DNA from: a virus
Lineage: Duplodnaviria > Heunggongvirae > Uroviricota > Caudoviricetes
Direction: 5' to 3' (one strand)
Length of the DNA stretch: 64,000 bases
Virus record (IMG/VR): IMGVR_UViG_3300045051_000014
Positions 46,884 through 55,030 of the stretch are shown piece after piece; position 1 is the first letter of the stretch; each line of letters begins with the position of its first letter. The position numbers were made by a program, and so were the translations under genes. Below the pieces are notes generated by a model, which had not been told where the DNA came from, made no database searches, and worked only from the letters and a program-made list of their open reading frames with translations.

Positions 46884-47001
46884 AATGCAGTATAGGAAAG
46901 TATCCGAATCCAAGAGAGCCTATACCTCGCTGACGGATTCAGCCGCGCTACGTGTTGAAATGCACGGTAAAGCCGACGCGGACAAAAGTAATCGGCACAT
47001 T

Positions 47002-47075
47002 CGTCCCTTAGTATAGAAGCAATACGTTGCCTTGACATGGCAGAAAAGATGGAGCGTTACCATCAGGGACGACCA
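47002..47075 (+). tRNA. tRNA-Val(GAC), T-loop AGCGTTA
   Basis: perfect acceptor cgtccct/agggacg, D gtat-agaagca-atac, anticodon ttgcc/ggcag loop ttGACat. Confidence 0.6.
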
Positions 47076-47080
47076 ATTAT

Positions 47081-47168
47081 GGAAGGTTGGCAGAGAGGCT
47101 AATTGCCGCTGTTTCGAAAGCAGATGGGTGTAAAAACCACACAGGTTCAAATCCTGTACCTTCCGCCA
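47081..47168 (+). tRNA. tRNA-Ser(CGA), class II
   Basis: paralogous to Ser(GCT) gene (same acceptor and T-arm), loop ttCGAaa. Confidence 0.65.
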
Positions 47169-47173
47169 GATAT

Positions 47174-47250
47174 GCGAGTGTGATGTAACTGGCAAACGTG
47201 TTCGGCTCAAACCCGAATTTCTGTGGGTTCGAATCCCACCACTCGCACCA
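47174..47250 (+). tRNA. tRNA-Leu(CAA), class-I length, A73
   Basis: perfect acceptor gcgagtg/cactcgc, anticodon ttcgg/ccgaa loop ctCAAac, 5-nt variable, T-arm gtgggTTCGAATcccac. Confidence 0.65.
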
Positions 47251-47255
47251 ACTAC

Positions 47256-47332
47256 GCGCCTATGACGGAACAGGCATACGTCTAACGTTGAGAACGTTAG
47301 TTTTGTGGGTTCGAATCCCACTAGGCGCACCA
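47256..47332 (+). tRNA. tRNA-Leu(GAG), class-I length, A73
   Basis: perfect acceptor gcgccta/taggcgc, anticodon taacg/cgtta loop ttGAGaa, same T-arm as Leu(CAA). Confidence 0.65.
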
Positions 47333-47624
47333 ATTTACTGAGTCGAGCTAACGCAGGCAACTGAGGAAGTTCGCGACTCACGCAGGAATCGTGTGGGAGC
47401 CGAAAGGCGTCTTACCACCGTGATATAGTGAGCAACACAAACAGAGCGTGGGAAATTCCTGCCTATACGTTCGGGTTGTGGCAAAGATGAATGTTAGCAT
47501 AGAACAGAATCGCGGCTACGGACTCAGTAATTCGAAATAGCTAACCCATACGTGTCAAAAGGATATGTCCGAAACAAGCGTAATTCGAATGAGGCTTGTT
47601 AGACGGTGGGTTGGCGGTACCTAT

Positions 47625-47701
47625 ACCCTTGTAGTTTCAACGGACAGAACACCCCGGTCCTAACGGGTCCAATGCAGGTTCGAATCCTGTCAAGGGTACC
47701 A
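47625..47701 (+). tRNA. tRNA-Arg(CCT)
   Basis: perfect acceptor acccttg/caagggt, loop gtCCTaa, T-loop TTCGAAT. Confidence 0.6.
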
Positions 47702-47709
47702 CACATTAC

Positions 47710-47784
47710 GCCGCCATCGTATAATGGCTATTACGGATGTTTCGTAAGCATCCTATCTCAGTTCGACTCTGAGTGGCGGCACCA
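47710..47784 (+). tRNA. tRNA-Thr(CGT)
   Basis: acceptor gccgcca/tggcggc, anticodon gatgt/gcatc loop ttCGTaa, T-loop TTCGACT. Confidence 0.75.
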
Positions 47785-47787
47785 GTT

Positions 47788-47840
47788 AAATGTCCAGTAT
47801 AGTGTACAAATACCCCGGTTTTGTCCATTATAGTGTACAA
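47788..47840 (+). repeat. direct repeat GTCCA(G/T)TATAGTGTACAA x2
   Basis: 47790-47807 and 47823-47840. Confidence 0.5.
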
Positions 47841-47849
47841 GTCTATTAT

Positions 47850-47937
47850 GGAAGACTAACCCAACAAGGTTGGGACTCGCCTTGAAAGCGATGGGATGTC
47901 GAAAGGCATTGGGGCGCGATACCTCAGTCTTCCGCCA
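47850..47937 (+). tRNA. tRNA-Ser(TGA), class II, T-loop CGCGATA
   Basis: perfect acceptor ggaagac/gtcttcc, G73, loop ctTGAaa, long variable arm. Confidence 0.6.
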
Positions 47938-47944
47938 ATTTGGG

Positions 47945-48075
47945 GAAACGTCCAGCAAATCAAAATACTTTACTTGTAATAAAGCAAAACCGTTTCCCGC
48001 CGATTTGAGAAAGCGTACAGCAAACCAAAGCAATCCTCTGTAAAAGGACAGGATGGGGTTCGAATCCCCACGCGC
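47945..48075 (+). ncRNA. tRNA-like / Y RNA-like module (ACAGCAAACCAAAG + T-arm tggggTTCGAATcccca, no CCA)
   Basis: motif at 48017-48030; T-arm at 48055-48071; no D/anticodon arms. Confidence 0.4.
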
Positions 48076-48194
48076 TCCACCGTTCGACGGAGCAGTAGTG
48101 TAATGGTAGCACGGTAACGCAAAAAACGCTTTCTGCCCTTTCCTAAATAGTCCTATTCGGGACTATGTGGTAAATAGTCCCTTGGAGGACTATC

Positions 48195-48512
48195 ATGGCT
48201 ACCACAAAATTCTCCCCAATGACCATTCTCGGATCCATCATGTCGCTCGCAGCATTCGCGAGCCTTGTCATTGGATTCAATTCTTATTTCATGACCAAAG
48301 CCGAAGCCGACGAAATCATCGGTAAGGTGACACGGCAGCAGCAGGTGGATCGGGTAGAAACCGACCTCACTGTAATTGAATTAGAAATGAAGTTTCTGGA
48401 AGAGTCCCTCAAGGACGATCCCACCGACGAAAAGGCAAGAAAGCGCCTAGAATACCTAGAAGAGCGCCAACTGATTCTTGAGAAGTATCAGCTAGAACTT
48501 CAAAAAGAATAA
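48195..48512 (+). CDS. hypothetical protein, N-terminal TM helix + coiled coil
   Basis: 105 aa; GGAGG RBS embedded in second of two tandem hairpins. Confidence 0.5.
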   Translation: MATTKFSPMTILGSIMSLAAFASLVIGFNSYFMTKAEADEIIGKVTRQQQVDRVETDLTVIELEMKFLEESLKDDPTDEKARKRLEYLEERQLILEKYQLELQKE

Positions 48513-48561
48513 GCCTAAATAAGACACTCACTATTCGTTCCAATTGTAAAGGATCACCAAC

Positions 48562-49677
48562 ATGCTACGCTTCAAAGAACACCTGATTGAGAAAGAGATT
48601 GCGGAATACGCTTTCGTGTTTGAGGATTTTGTTGCCCTAGGCGAACAGTCCCTAGACGAAATGAAGCTGACCGATATCCCTGTCAAGGTAGAGGGTCCAA
48701 AGGTCAATCGTGACAAGACCCCACCTACGGGTGTTCCGAAGCCAGAGCAGAAGGGTGGCAACCACTGGCAGAAGCTCCGCAAGGGTGCTGCGTCTTATTT
48801 CTCTAAGTCTCCCGAAGAACAGAAGAAAGCGCAGGAACACGCCCACAAGGTTCTAGGTCACACAGCCCTCATGGGCGACGAGGCTTCCAACCCGAAGCTC
48901 GCTAAGAGTGGTAAGACGATGCCCGAGTTCCGTACTAAGGGACTCACGCTAGCACCGTCCACCCATTCTGGCATCGACGTATGCCCTAACGCATCGTCCG
49001 AGTGTAAGGCATCGTGCCTAGGCTCCGAAGCCGGTCGCGCACACATGGCAAAGGATGCGCGAGTCAAGCGTACCCACAAGTTGTTTGACCATCCAGAACA
49101 TTTCTATGCCAAGCTTGACTCAGAGATTTCCTCTGCGAAGAGCGCGGCACACAAGGCAGGGCAGAAGCTTGCAGTTCGCCTGAACGTTGCTTCCGACATT
49201 CCTCATGAGCATCTTGCTCGCGGTCTGTTCGACAAGCATAAGGATGTTCACTTCTACGACTACACTAAGATCACCGGAAGAGCGAACCACAAGAACAAGC
49301 CTGACAACTATCACCTGACGCTTTCTTCGACGGGTCTGAACCACAAGGAAAGCAACTGGTCGCATGTGCGCAAGCACCTAGACAATGGTGGTGTGGCAGC
49401 AATGGCATTCCACATCAATGCGAAGAGTCACGCAGGCAAGGCTACGGCACTGCCGACACACGTACACGATGAAGAGACAGGAAAGAAGTATAGAGTTATC
49501 GACGGCGACGAGCATGATCATCGTCACCTTGACAAAGCCTACCATGGTATCCCTGATCATGAGGGAGTCATTGCCGGTCTTAAGTTCAAGGGCGGCGAAG
49601 GCAACATGGAGAAGGCAGGCAACTTTGCAGTGAAGCATGAAGGCGGCATTGCGGTTGCTAAGAAGGGGCAGAACTAA
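48562..49677 (+). CDS. hypothetical His/Lys-rich protein
   Basis: 371 aa ORF. Confidence 0.6.
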   Translation: MLRFKEHLIEKEIAEYAFVFEDFVALGEQSLDEMKLTDIPVKVEGPKVNRDKTPPTGVPKPEQKGGNHWQKLRKGAASYFSKSPEEQKKAQEHAHKVLGHTALMGDEASNPKLAKSGKTMPEFRTKGLTLAPSTHSGIDVCPNASSECKASCLGSEAGRAHMAKDARVKRTHKLFDHPEHFYAKLDSEISSAKSAAHKAGQKLAVRLNVASDIPHEHLARGLFDKHKDVHFYDYTKITGRANHKNKPDNYHLTLSSTGLNHKESNWSHVRKHLDNGGVAAMAFHINAKSHAGKATALPTHVHDEETGKKYRVIDGDEHDHRHLDKAYHGIPDHEGVIAGLKFKGGEGNMEKAGNFAVKHEGGIAVAKKGQN

Positions 49678-49689
49678 TTTCGATTAGTC

Positions 49690-49718
49690 TTGCCTTTGTG
49701 GGCAAGGCATGATATAAT
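49690..49718 (+). promoter_or_regulatory. sigma70-like promoter TTGCCT-N17-TATAAT overlapping an inverted repeat
   Basis: preceded by GATTAGTCT; spacer tgcctttgtgggcaaggca is palindromic. Confidence 0.45.
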
Positions 49719-49744
49719 GTTCTTGCCTCTAATTTGAGGAAAGA

Positions 49745-50323
49745 GTGTGTTTTATGACTCCTAAGATTCTAATTGCAGACAGCGCAGGCAACCCTAAAGA
49801 TTGGGTTTCTCTTGACTACGCAACCCACTACCTCGCATCCGATAAGGTTGTGTGGCAGGCAGGTTCGATCATCAAGACCTACCGTGGCGGCTACAATGCT
49901 GCGACGGGCGAACGCTCGACTCTGGACATTCACTCCATCCTAGGTATTTCCGGTAAGCTGCTAGGCGACAAGTTCTTCACCAGAACTTCCGTCTACACCG
50001 ACCGTGAGATTCTCTACGCTCGCGACAGATACCTCTGCGCGTACTGTGGAGAAGAGTTCGATGCGTACAAGCTTACCATCGACCACGTAATGCCGCAGTC
50101 TCGCGGTGGACGTAACGTTTGGCAGAACTGTGTTACTGCGTGCAAGACATGCAACCACAAGAAAGCCGACCGCACGCCAGAAGAGGCGAAGATGAAGTTG
50201 CTGTATGTTCCATACGCTCCTAACATGTTCGAAAAGATGATTCTTAAGAACCGCAACATCCTTGCGGATCAGATGGACTTCCTCAAGGCTCGCGTCCCTA
50301 AGACCTCTAGAGTCTTCCTGTAA
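49745..50323 (+). CDS. HNH endonuclease
   Basis: CAYCG...TIDHVMPQSRGG...NCVTACKTCNHKK HNH/zinc motif. Confidence 0.7.
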   Translation: MCFMTPKILIADSAGNPKDWVSLDYATHYLASDKVVWQAGSIIKTYRGGYNAATGERSTLDIHSILGISGKLLGDKFFTRTSVYTDREILYARDRYLCAYCGEEFDAYKLTIDHVMPQSRGGRNVWQNCVTACKTCNHKKADRTPEEAKMKLLYVPYAPNMFEKMILKNRNILADQMDFLKARVPKTSRVFL

Positions 50324-50406
50324 GCCGTTCGGCAGGCTCCCTAGGCTACCCTACCGGTGCCTAGGTGCGCCCCGCTACGGGCTTTATAGGCGGTCCTAGG
50401 GCATAT

Positions 50407-50432
50407 CGTAAGTTGTTGATTTATAAGGGGTT
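50407..50432 (+). repeat. intergenic element CGTAAGTTGTTGATTTATAAGGGGTT
   Basis: consensus copy followed by TATAAT box and ORF 50474. Confidence 0.55.
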
Positions 50433-50473
50433 GAAACACTTGTGTTTTAGCCCCTTTTTGCTATAATGGTTGT

Positions 50474-50863
50474 ATGACTACTAAGCCTGTCTTTTGGATT
50501 CAGGGACTCCATATTACTGAGGGTCCGGAACTCCTGCGCAAGTGTTTCACCGAAACTCGTATCTGGCGCGGCAACGATCCGCGTCCGATTGTTCTCGGCG
50601 GCGACGGTTATTGGCAGTGGGGCGTTTCTGCGTACCGCAACAACCACAAGGGTTTTTGTTGGACTCAGGCTCTTCACGATGGTCTGGAAGGTTTCCATTC
50701 GACCATCTTTCACAGTGACCCCGACGCACGTTTTTGCGTGCATTCGGGTCATGCCGACTATGCTCACGTTGAGCGTATTTGGAATCTGGTCAACGAAAAT
50801 GTTGCAGTGCCAGATGATTTCCCCGACGAGTTCGGCGGCATCGGCAAGGCAGGAGTTTGCTAA
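50474..50863 (+). CDS. hypothetical protein
   Basis: 129 aa, TATAAT-like box upstream within repeated element. Confidence 0.5.
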   Translation: MTTKPVFWIQGLHITEGPELLRKCFTETRIWRGNDPRPIVLGGDGYWQWGVSAYRNNHKGFCWTQALHDGLEGFHSTIFHSDPDARFCVHSGHADYAHVERIWNLVNENVAVPDDFPDEFGGIGKAGVC

Positions 50864-50867
50864 GATT

Positions 50868-51317
50868 ATGGGAATTCTATATATTATCAGGGGTGTGTCT
50901 GGTTCGGGCAAGACGACTCTCGCGCAGAAGATGGCAATCGAAAAGGGTTGCCAGTATTTTGAAGCTGACATGTGGTTCGTGCGCGGCGACGGTGAATACA
51001 TTTTCGACGCTCGCGAACTGCCGCGAGCGCACCGGTGGTGTCAGGATCAGGTGCGCAATGAGATTGCGAACGGTCGGGATGTTATCGTGTCGAACACGTT
51101 CACCCGCGAATGGGAAATGCAGGAGTACATTCGCTGCGCTTCCCTTCACAACTATCACACGGTAGTCATTGAGTGCCGTGGACAGTATCCGAATGTACAT
51201 GGATTGACCGAAGAGGCAGTAGCGAAACAGGTAGCACGCTTCGAAAGCAATGACGAGATTCGCGCAAGGAATTCTCGTTATGACGATGGACACGTTACCT
51301 TTCTACTGAATGATTGA
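50868..51317 (+). CDS. P-loop polynucleotide kinase-like protein (Pnk kinase-domain-like)
   Basis: Walker A IIRGVSGSGKTTLA at N-terminus, ~150 aa; adjacent to RNA-ligase-like and phosphoesterase genes. Confidence 0.55.
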   Translation: MGILYIIRGVSGSGKTTLAQKMAIEKGCQYFEADMWFVRGDGEYIFDARELPRAHRWCQDQVRNEIANGRDVIVSNTFTREWEMQEYIRCASLHNYHTVVIECRGQYPNVHGLTEEAVAKQVARFESNDEIRARNSRYDDGHVTFLLND

Positions 51318-52203
51318 AATGCATGTGATAGACAGACAGTTGCGCGAGTTTGCTGAGTCCAATCCGGACTTAGTATCCGTTCGCGTTTCTCTTCGCTATC
51401 CGCGTCTGCGCGTAGTGAAGTACAAGCACAAGGTTTTCTACAAGTCTCTCTGGACTCCTGAGTTGTGCGAAATGCGCGGCTTAGTTGTCGATGAAGACTG
51501 GAACGTGATCGTGCGTCCGTTCCGCAAGATTTTCAACCGCTTCGAAAACGGCACCGACTTCCCATTGGATGCCGACGTTGCGGCTGCGCGTAAGGTCAAT
51601 GGCTTTATGGCAGGCTTGACGGTGGACGATGAATACGGAACGATTGTTTCGACAACGGGTTCGTTGGATTCGCCATTCGTTGCGATGGCTGAGAAGTATT
51701 TGCTGCCGTTGAAGGATCGCGGTCTGATCAACGGTGTGACCTATCTGTTCGAAATTGTGGACCCACAGGATCCGCATATCATCGAAGAGAAGGTCGGTGC
51801 GTACCTGATTGGTGCGCGAGCAGTCTGTTCGAAGATCACGCTCCTAGAGTGTGACTTGGACGAGATTGCAGCAGGAATGGGTGTCATGCGTCCCGAGTGG
51901 AAGCGTGCGCCGTTCGCTGAAATTGTCGCGGAGACTAAGGCTTGCAAGCATGAGGGTTTCGTGTGTTACGACACTTCGAACGGTCATGCGCTCAAGATCA
52001 AGTCTCCGTATTATCTAACTAAGAAGTTCTTTTCGCGGGTTCGACCAGAGAAGTTGACGGTGGATTGGCTACAGGCTAATCGCGGTAACTTTGATGAAGA
52101 GTTCTACGGATTGATCGACTATATCTCTGCAAGCCGAGACTTTTTCGTTGCTATGTCTCCGGAAGATCGGCGTGCATACATTGAGGATTATTTGTCACTA
52201 TGA
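51310..52203 (+). CDS. ATP-dependent RNA ligase-like nucleotidyltransferase (motif I KVNG)
   Basis: AAARKVNGFMAGL lysine-nucleotidylation motif variant; 297 aa. Confidence 0.45.
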   Translation: MIEMHVIDRQLREFAESNPDLVSVRVSLRYPRLRVVKYKHKVFYKSLWTPELCEMRGLVVDEDWNVIVRPFRKIFNRFENGTDFPLDADVAAARKVNGFMAGLTVDDEYGTIVSTTGSLDSPFVAMAEKYLLPLKDRGLINGVTYLFEIVDPQDPHIIEEKVGAYLIGARAVCSKITLLECDLDEIAAGMGVMRPEWKRAPFAEIVAETKACKHEGFVCYDTSNGHALKIKSPYYLTKKFFSRVRPEKLTVDWLQANRGNFDEEFYGLIDYISASRDFFVAMSPEDRRAYIEDYLSL

Positions 52204-52769
52204 CTGAACGTATTTGGTTTACGTCCGACACACATTTCGGACACAAGAACATTTTGAAGTTTTGCCCTGAGTCTCGACCGGTTAAGACCGTAGAAGAGCA
52301 TGATGCGCGATTGATTCGAAACTGGCAGGAGCAAGTCGCTCCGCAGGATCGCGTCTATCACTTGGGCGACTTTTTCTTCTGCAACGGCGACCGGGCTAAG
52401 AGAATTCTTGACCAGTTGCCGGGACAGATTCACTTCATTCACGGCAACCACGACAAGGTGATTTCGTCTAACCACGATATCCGCTCGCGGTTCGTATCCG
52501 TGTCTGACTACAAGGAACTGCGGATTGAGGAAATCAAGGTCTGCCTGTTCCACTTCCCTATCTACGAGTGGCATCACATCCACTACGGATCGTTCCACTT
52601 CTACGGTCACGTTCACGGTTCGGTACAAGTACCGGGTCGCGCAATGGACGTAGGTGTGGATACCCGTCCCGGTGGCGACATGAAGCTTTGGTCTTGGGAA
52701 GAGTTGAAGAGACTCATGCTCAAGCGTGAGATTCGTACCCACCACAACAACGTAAAGGTTGAAATGTAA
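52200..52769 (+). CDS. calcineurin-like metallophosphoesterase (candidate RNA 2',3'-phosphatase)
   Basis: WFTSDTHFGHKNI, YHLGDFF, IHGNHD motifs. Confidence 0.75.
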   Translation: MTERIWFTSDTHFGHKNILKFCPESRPVKTVEEHDARLIRNWQEQVAPQDRVYHLGDFFFCNGDRAKRILDQLPGQIHFIHGNHDKVISSNHDIRSRFVSVSDYKELRIEEIKVCLFHFPIYEWHHIHYGSFHFYGHVHGSVQVPGRAMDVGVDTRPGGDMKLWSWEELKRLMLKREIRTHHNNVKVEM

Positions 52770-53094
52770 TATGAGTCTTGATGTAAGTCTTGTTAAAGTG
52801 ATGCCAACCGAAATCTATTCGGACAACATCACCCATAATTTGAATAAGATGGCACAGGAAGCCGGATTGTATGACGCACTCTGGCGACCTGATGAAAACG
52901 GTCTTACGACTGCGGCTGATCTTATTCCATTTCTGGAAGAGGGATTGCGCAAGCTTTGTGCAGACCCCGCACACTATGAGCAATTCAATCCGGCAAACGG
53001 GTGGGGTAGCTACGTTGGTTTGAAGGTATTCGTCCGCGACTACCTAGAAGCCTGCCGTGCCAATCCGGATGCAAAAGTAGAAGTGAGTAGATAA
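52759..53094 (+). CDS. hypothetical protein
   Basis: 111 aa. Confidence 0.45.
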   Translation: MKCNMSLDVSLVKVMPTEIYSDNITHNLNKMAQEAGLYDALWRPDENGLTTAADLIPFLEEGLRKLCADPAHYEQFNPANGWGSYVGLKVFVRDYLEACRANPDAKVEVSR

Positions 53095-53095
53095 C

Positions 53096-53521
53096 ATGCG
53101 TAAAGAATTAGACGATGCATTGTGTGAAAAGTATCCCAAGATTTTCGAACAGAGACATTGGGATATGAGCAAGACCTGTATGTGTTGGGGATTCCCCGGT
53201 GACGGGTGGTACGACATTCTCGACAACCTTTGCGGTGCCATTCAGGACTATTGCGATAACGTGAAACGCTACGATGAAGAGACTAAGCTATTGGTTCCGG
53301 CTTGCAAGCAAGTTGTGGCAACACAAGTCAAAGAGAAGTTCGGTGAACTCCGTTTCTACTTCGAAGGTGGAAACGAGACTATTCATGGAATGATAACAAT
53401 GGCAACCTACATGAGCAAGCGCACCTGCGAAGAGTGTGGTAAGCCGGGAAAGATTCGTCCCGGTGGATGGGTTCGAACCCTCTGCGATAAGCACGCGAAG
53501 AGAAAGCATGTTCGTTCTTAA
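53096..53521 (+). CDS. hypothetical Cys-rich protein
   Basis: 141 aa, CEECGKPGK. Confidence 0.45.
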   Translation: MRKELDDALCEKYPKIFEQRHWDMSKTCMCWGFPGDGWYDILDNLCGAIQDYCDNVKRYDEETKLLVPACKQVVATQVKEKFGELRFYFEGGNETIHGMITMATYMSKRTCEECGKPGKIRPGGWVRTLCDKHAKRKHVRS

Positions 53522-53900
53522 TAAGAAAGACCTAGAGTACAGTTGGTTCTCCGGTACGGGTGCCGGTGGGCAGCACAGGAACAAGCACATGAATTGCTTG
53601 CGCCTCAAGCATGTCCCATCCGGCATTCAGACGACCGGACAGAATCATCGGGATCGAATCTCTAATGAGCGTGAAGCCATGGAGAAGTTGATCGCTCGCG
53701 TGCGCTCGTTCTATCATCCCGAAGTGCAGAAGGAACGCTTCCGCGCAAAGGAACAGGTTCGTTCTTATCGCGAGCCTGACAACATCGTGAAGGATCATGC
53801 ATCCGGCGAAGTGTTCTCTTACAAGGAAATCGTCTTAGATGCGGACCCCGAAGAATTAGAAAAAGCCATGGCAGCAAGGCGCAATGCGCTAAGTGCCTGA
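53508..53900 (+). CDS. peptidyl-tRNA hydrolase / ArfB-like class-I release-factor-domain protein (GGQ motif)
   Basis: SGTGAGGQHRNKHMN GGQ motif; ~130 aa like ArfB/YaeJ. Confidence 0.7.
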   Translation: MFVLNKKDLEYSWFSGTGAGGQHRNKHMNCLRLKHVPSGIQTTGQNHRDRISNEREAMEKLIARVRSFYHPEVQKERFRAKEQVRSYREPDNIVKDHASGEVFSYKEIVLDADPEELEKAMAARRNALSA

Positions 53901-53921
53901 TTGTTAAGCTAGATTACATGC

Positions 53922-53950
53922 TTGACTTTTCCATGAACATCGTGAGATAA
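53922..53950 (+). promoter_or_regulatory. sigma70-like promoter TTGACT-N17-GATAAT upstream of DNA ligase
   Basis: -35 53922-53927, -10 53945-53950. Confidence 0.5.
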
Positions 53951-53957
53951 TAGTAAT

Positions 53958-54848
53958 ATGAGTAAAACATTCAAACCGATTCTTGCCGGTAAGTTCGACG
54001 CAAGTAAACAGAAGTTTCCTGTACTCGCATCCGCAAAGCTTGACGGCGTGCGCTGCATCATCATCGACGGTGTTGCAATGTCGCGAAGCCTCAAGCCGAT
54101 TCCGAATGAATACGTTCAGAAACAGATCGGCAAGAAAGTCTACAATGGACTCGACGGCGAACTCATGGTCGGGTTTGTCGGCGGCAAGGATGTATACCGC
54201 AACACAGTCTCCGCAGTCATGTCCGAAGACGGCGAACCGAATTTCACCTTTTGGGTGTTCGACAAGGTTCCGCAGAATCCTGAGCGTGCAGACGGTTATT
54301 CAGATCGTCTAGACTCCATCAAGAAGTTCGACGGTGCGCCGCACATCAACGTGCTACCGCATACCCTGATCAAAGATATGGATGCGCTCGACAAGTTCGA
54401 AGCGAAGCAACTAGAGCGCGGCTTGGAAGGCGTGATTCTGCGTTCGCCGCATGGTCCTTACAAGTTCGGTAGATCGTCCACCAACGAAGGCACGCTACTG
54501 AAACTCAAGCGATTCGAAGACTCCGAAGCGACGATCATCGGCGTTGAGGAACTTCTGTCGAATCAGAACGATGCGAAGACCAACAAGCTTGGACACACTG
54601 AGCGTTCCTCACACAAAGAAAACATGGTGCCTATGGGTACGATGGGTGCGCTCAACGTTCGCGACCTCAAGACAAAGGTGGAATTCTCCATCGGCACCGG
54701 CTTCGATGCGGTCACAAGGGATACCTTCTGGAAGACCCGCAATACCGTCATCGGCAAGATCGTGAAATATAAGTATTTTGCAAGTGGTTCGAAGGACAAA
54801 CCGCGATTCCCGGTATTCCTTGGCTTCCGTGACGAGAGGGATATGTAA
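53958..54848 (+). CDS. ATP-dependent DNA ligase (small phage-type)
   Basis: motif I ASAKLDGVRCI (KxDGxR); 296 aa; promoter TTGACT-N17-GATAAT upstream. Confidence 0.7.
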   Translation: MSKTFKPILAGKFDASKQKFPVLASAKLDGVRCIIIDGVAMSRSLKPIPNEYVQKQIGKKVYNGLDGELMVGFVGGKDVYRNTVSAVMSEDGEPNFTFWVFDKVPQNPERADGYSDRLDSIKKFDGAPHINVLPHTLIKDMDALDKFEAKQLERGLEGVILRSPHGPYKFGRSSTNEGTLLKLKRFEDSEATIIGVEELLSNQNDAKTNKLGHTERSSHKENMVPMGTMGALNVRDLKTKVEFSIGTGFDAVTRDTFWKTRNTVIGKIVKYKYFASGSKDKPRFPVFLGFRDERDM

Positions 54849-54850
54849 TT

Positions 54851-55030
54851 ATGGACCCCGTAACAATCTTATTGTACATTGTGGCAATTCCGGTAGCACT
54901 AGGAATTGTCGCAGCAGTCCTATGGTTCATCTTTAAGTTATTCTGGATCATCGGTCTGATCGTCTTCAAGCTTGCGATTATCGCACTGGCAATCGCAGCC
55001 CTAGTTGGTCTAGGAATCCTGTTGACATGA
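54851..55030 (+). CDS. small membrane protein (59 aa)
   Basis: two TM helices. Confidence 0.3.
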   Translation: MDPVTILLYIVAIPVALGIVAAVLWFIFKLFWIIGLIVFKLAIIALAIAALVGLGILLT

